Positions 62,361-64,000 of a DNA stretch of 64,000 nt are shown piece by piece; position 1 is the first letter of the stretch, and every line of letters starts with the position of its first letter. The stretch lies in the NCBI RefSeq assembly GCF_964213995.1, contig NC_135830.1:9052001-9116000 (forward strand), read 5' to 3'. The DNA comes from Mustelus asterias. Taxonomy: Eukaryota. Both the position numbers and the translations under genes were made by a program. The notes beneath the pieces are model-generated. The model was not told where the DNA came from and made no database searches. It saw only the letters and a program-made list of their open reading frames with translations.

Positions 62361-63636
62361 ACTAAGAAGTAAAATTTCCTCTCCTGAAAGACATTCGAGA
62401 AGAAGATGAGCTTTGACGACATAAGATTTTCACAGTAACTTCATTACATAGTGAATGTAAGCCTACTTGTGACGAATAAATACACTTTAAACCTTTAAAC
62501 TTTAAATACACATGATGTTTGTTTCAGCATAATCAATTAAGTGAATTGAAATTCCTCAGCTGCCAGGGTGGAATTGGAACTCCTGTCCCAAGAGCATTAC
62601 TTCAAGCTTCTGGAATACTAGCTTAATAACGATATTGCCACACCACCCCTTAGACTGAAATATCATCACATCTAATAATGGAGTAACTGAACATTCAGCA
62701 CTGGGTCACAGGTTGGATCACGAGCTCAGGTGTCTGTTGTGGGAATTGAACACATTACCGTTTGAGTCAAAACTTATGCGGATTCCACTGAGATTAGACT
62801 GTTAACTGGTCATAATTTGTGTTTTGACATGATGACATTGAGCTCAGTGTGCCCACAGTCTGAAATCTGTGTCCAATACTACACTTTACAAAGTTTATTT
62901 ATTACTCACAAGTAAAGCTTACATTAACACTGCAATTACGTTACTGTGAAATTTCTCGAGTCGCCACAGTCCAGCGCCTGTTCGGGTCAATGCATCTAAC
63001 CAGCGCGTATTTCCGAATGTGGGAGGAAAATGGTGTAACCGGAGGAAACCCACGCAGCCACGTAAGTTACATTTATAGTATAAATTCATTTGTAATGAAT
63101 TTGTAGTTTTTAATTTGAAATTTCCAAATTTGGAATTTGTAATGGCCTAGTGTAGCAGAACGAGAGAAATGACCGAATGTAGTATGTATTTATGCTACAT
63201 TCGGTCATTTCTCTCGTTATACTACACTCGGTAAGAGGCCATCCCTCTATTTATGCTGCATTAGGTCCTCTCAATTAGTACGAGGGTAGACCACGGATCT
63301 GTTTCTGTTACATCTGATCCCATCTCTTTTTATATTACACAGAATTTTTCTCTTTACATTACATCAGAGACTGTCTCTGTTATTCAACATACGACTATGT
63401 ATATGTTGTTGGCATTTAATTGTCAGAAGCAAGATTTCTCCCAGCCCGGAATGTTATGCTGACATAATGACAATGATTAATGGGAATCCATCCAAAAGTT
63501 CCATCAATTCCTAAAATGACATCGGGAAGCACGCGAGGTAGAAGGTCTTATCGATCTTGACGTTAATCATGTATGAGCTGCACTATCAGAACAGCTGAAC
63601 GCTGAGTTTGGTTCCCTTAGAGCTGAGCAGTTTACA

Positions 63637-64000
63637 AAGAACAAACAAAGGACAAAGAACAATACAGCACAGGAACAGGCCCTTCGGCCCTCCAAGTCTG
63701 CACCGATCATGTGTTCCTAACTAGACCATCCGTTTGTATCCCTCTATTCCAAGTCTGTTCATGTGGCTATCTAGAGAAGTCTTAAATGATCCTAGCGTGT
63801 CTGCCTCAACCACCTTGCTTGGTAGTGCATCCCAGGCCCCCACCACCCTCTGTGTAAAAAACGTCCCCTGCATATCTGTATTGAACCTTGTCCCCCTTAC
63901 CTTGAACTTGTGACCCCTTCTGTTTGTCATTTCTGACCTGGGAAAAAGCTTCTAACTGTTCACCCTATCTATGCCCTTCATAATTTTATAAACTTCTATT
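63637..64000 (-). mobile_element. CR1 LINE 3' end, continuing beyond the window
   Basis: RGHKFKV...FFTQRVVGAWDALP followed by the 3' UTR. Confidence 0.9.

Overview
Eukaryotic, cartilaginous-fish (shark) genomic DNA, judged from the cluster-type IgH organisation and the HE1/V-SINE and CR1 repeats; no prokaryotic features. The centrepiece is a complete, apparently intact, unrearranged IgM heavy-chain cluster on the minus strand: leader-VH(23RSS)-D1(12/22)-D2(12/12)-JH(23)-Cmu1-Cmu2-Cmu3-Cmu4/secretory tail-TM1-TM2 (34771 to 14241). About 7 kb past its last exon, with no gap in between, lie T-cell-receptor alpha/delta-type V segments: one intact on the minus strand (7026-5943), one pseudogene on the plus strand (4086-4560), and an orphan RSS half at the edge of an assembly gap (3159-3187). 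A near-consensus CTCF motif and tRNA genes sit between the Ig and TCR parts. The J-C intron holds switch-like G-rich repeats and internal duplications. Upstream, VH plus its ~11 kb 5' flank is tandemly duplicated, leaving a decayed, transposon-split VH pseudogene and two copies of a hidden Ig-C-like exon. A C2H2 zinc-finger gene lies beyond a 200-N gap. The rest is CR1 and Rex1 LINE fragments, SINEs and simple repeats. All calls are by eye; no database searches were run, and repeat boundaries are approximate.
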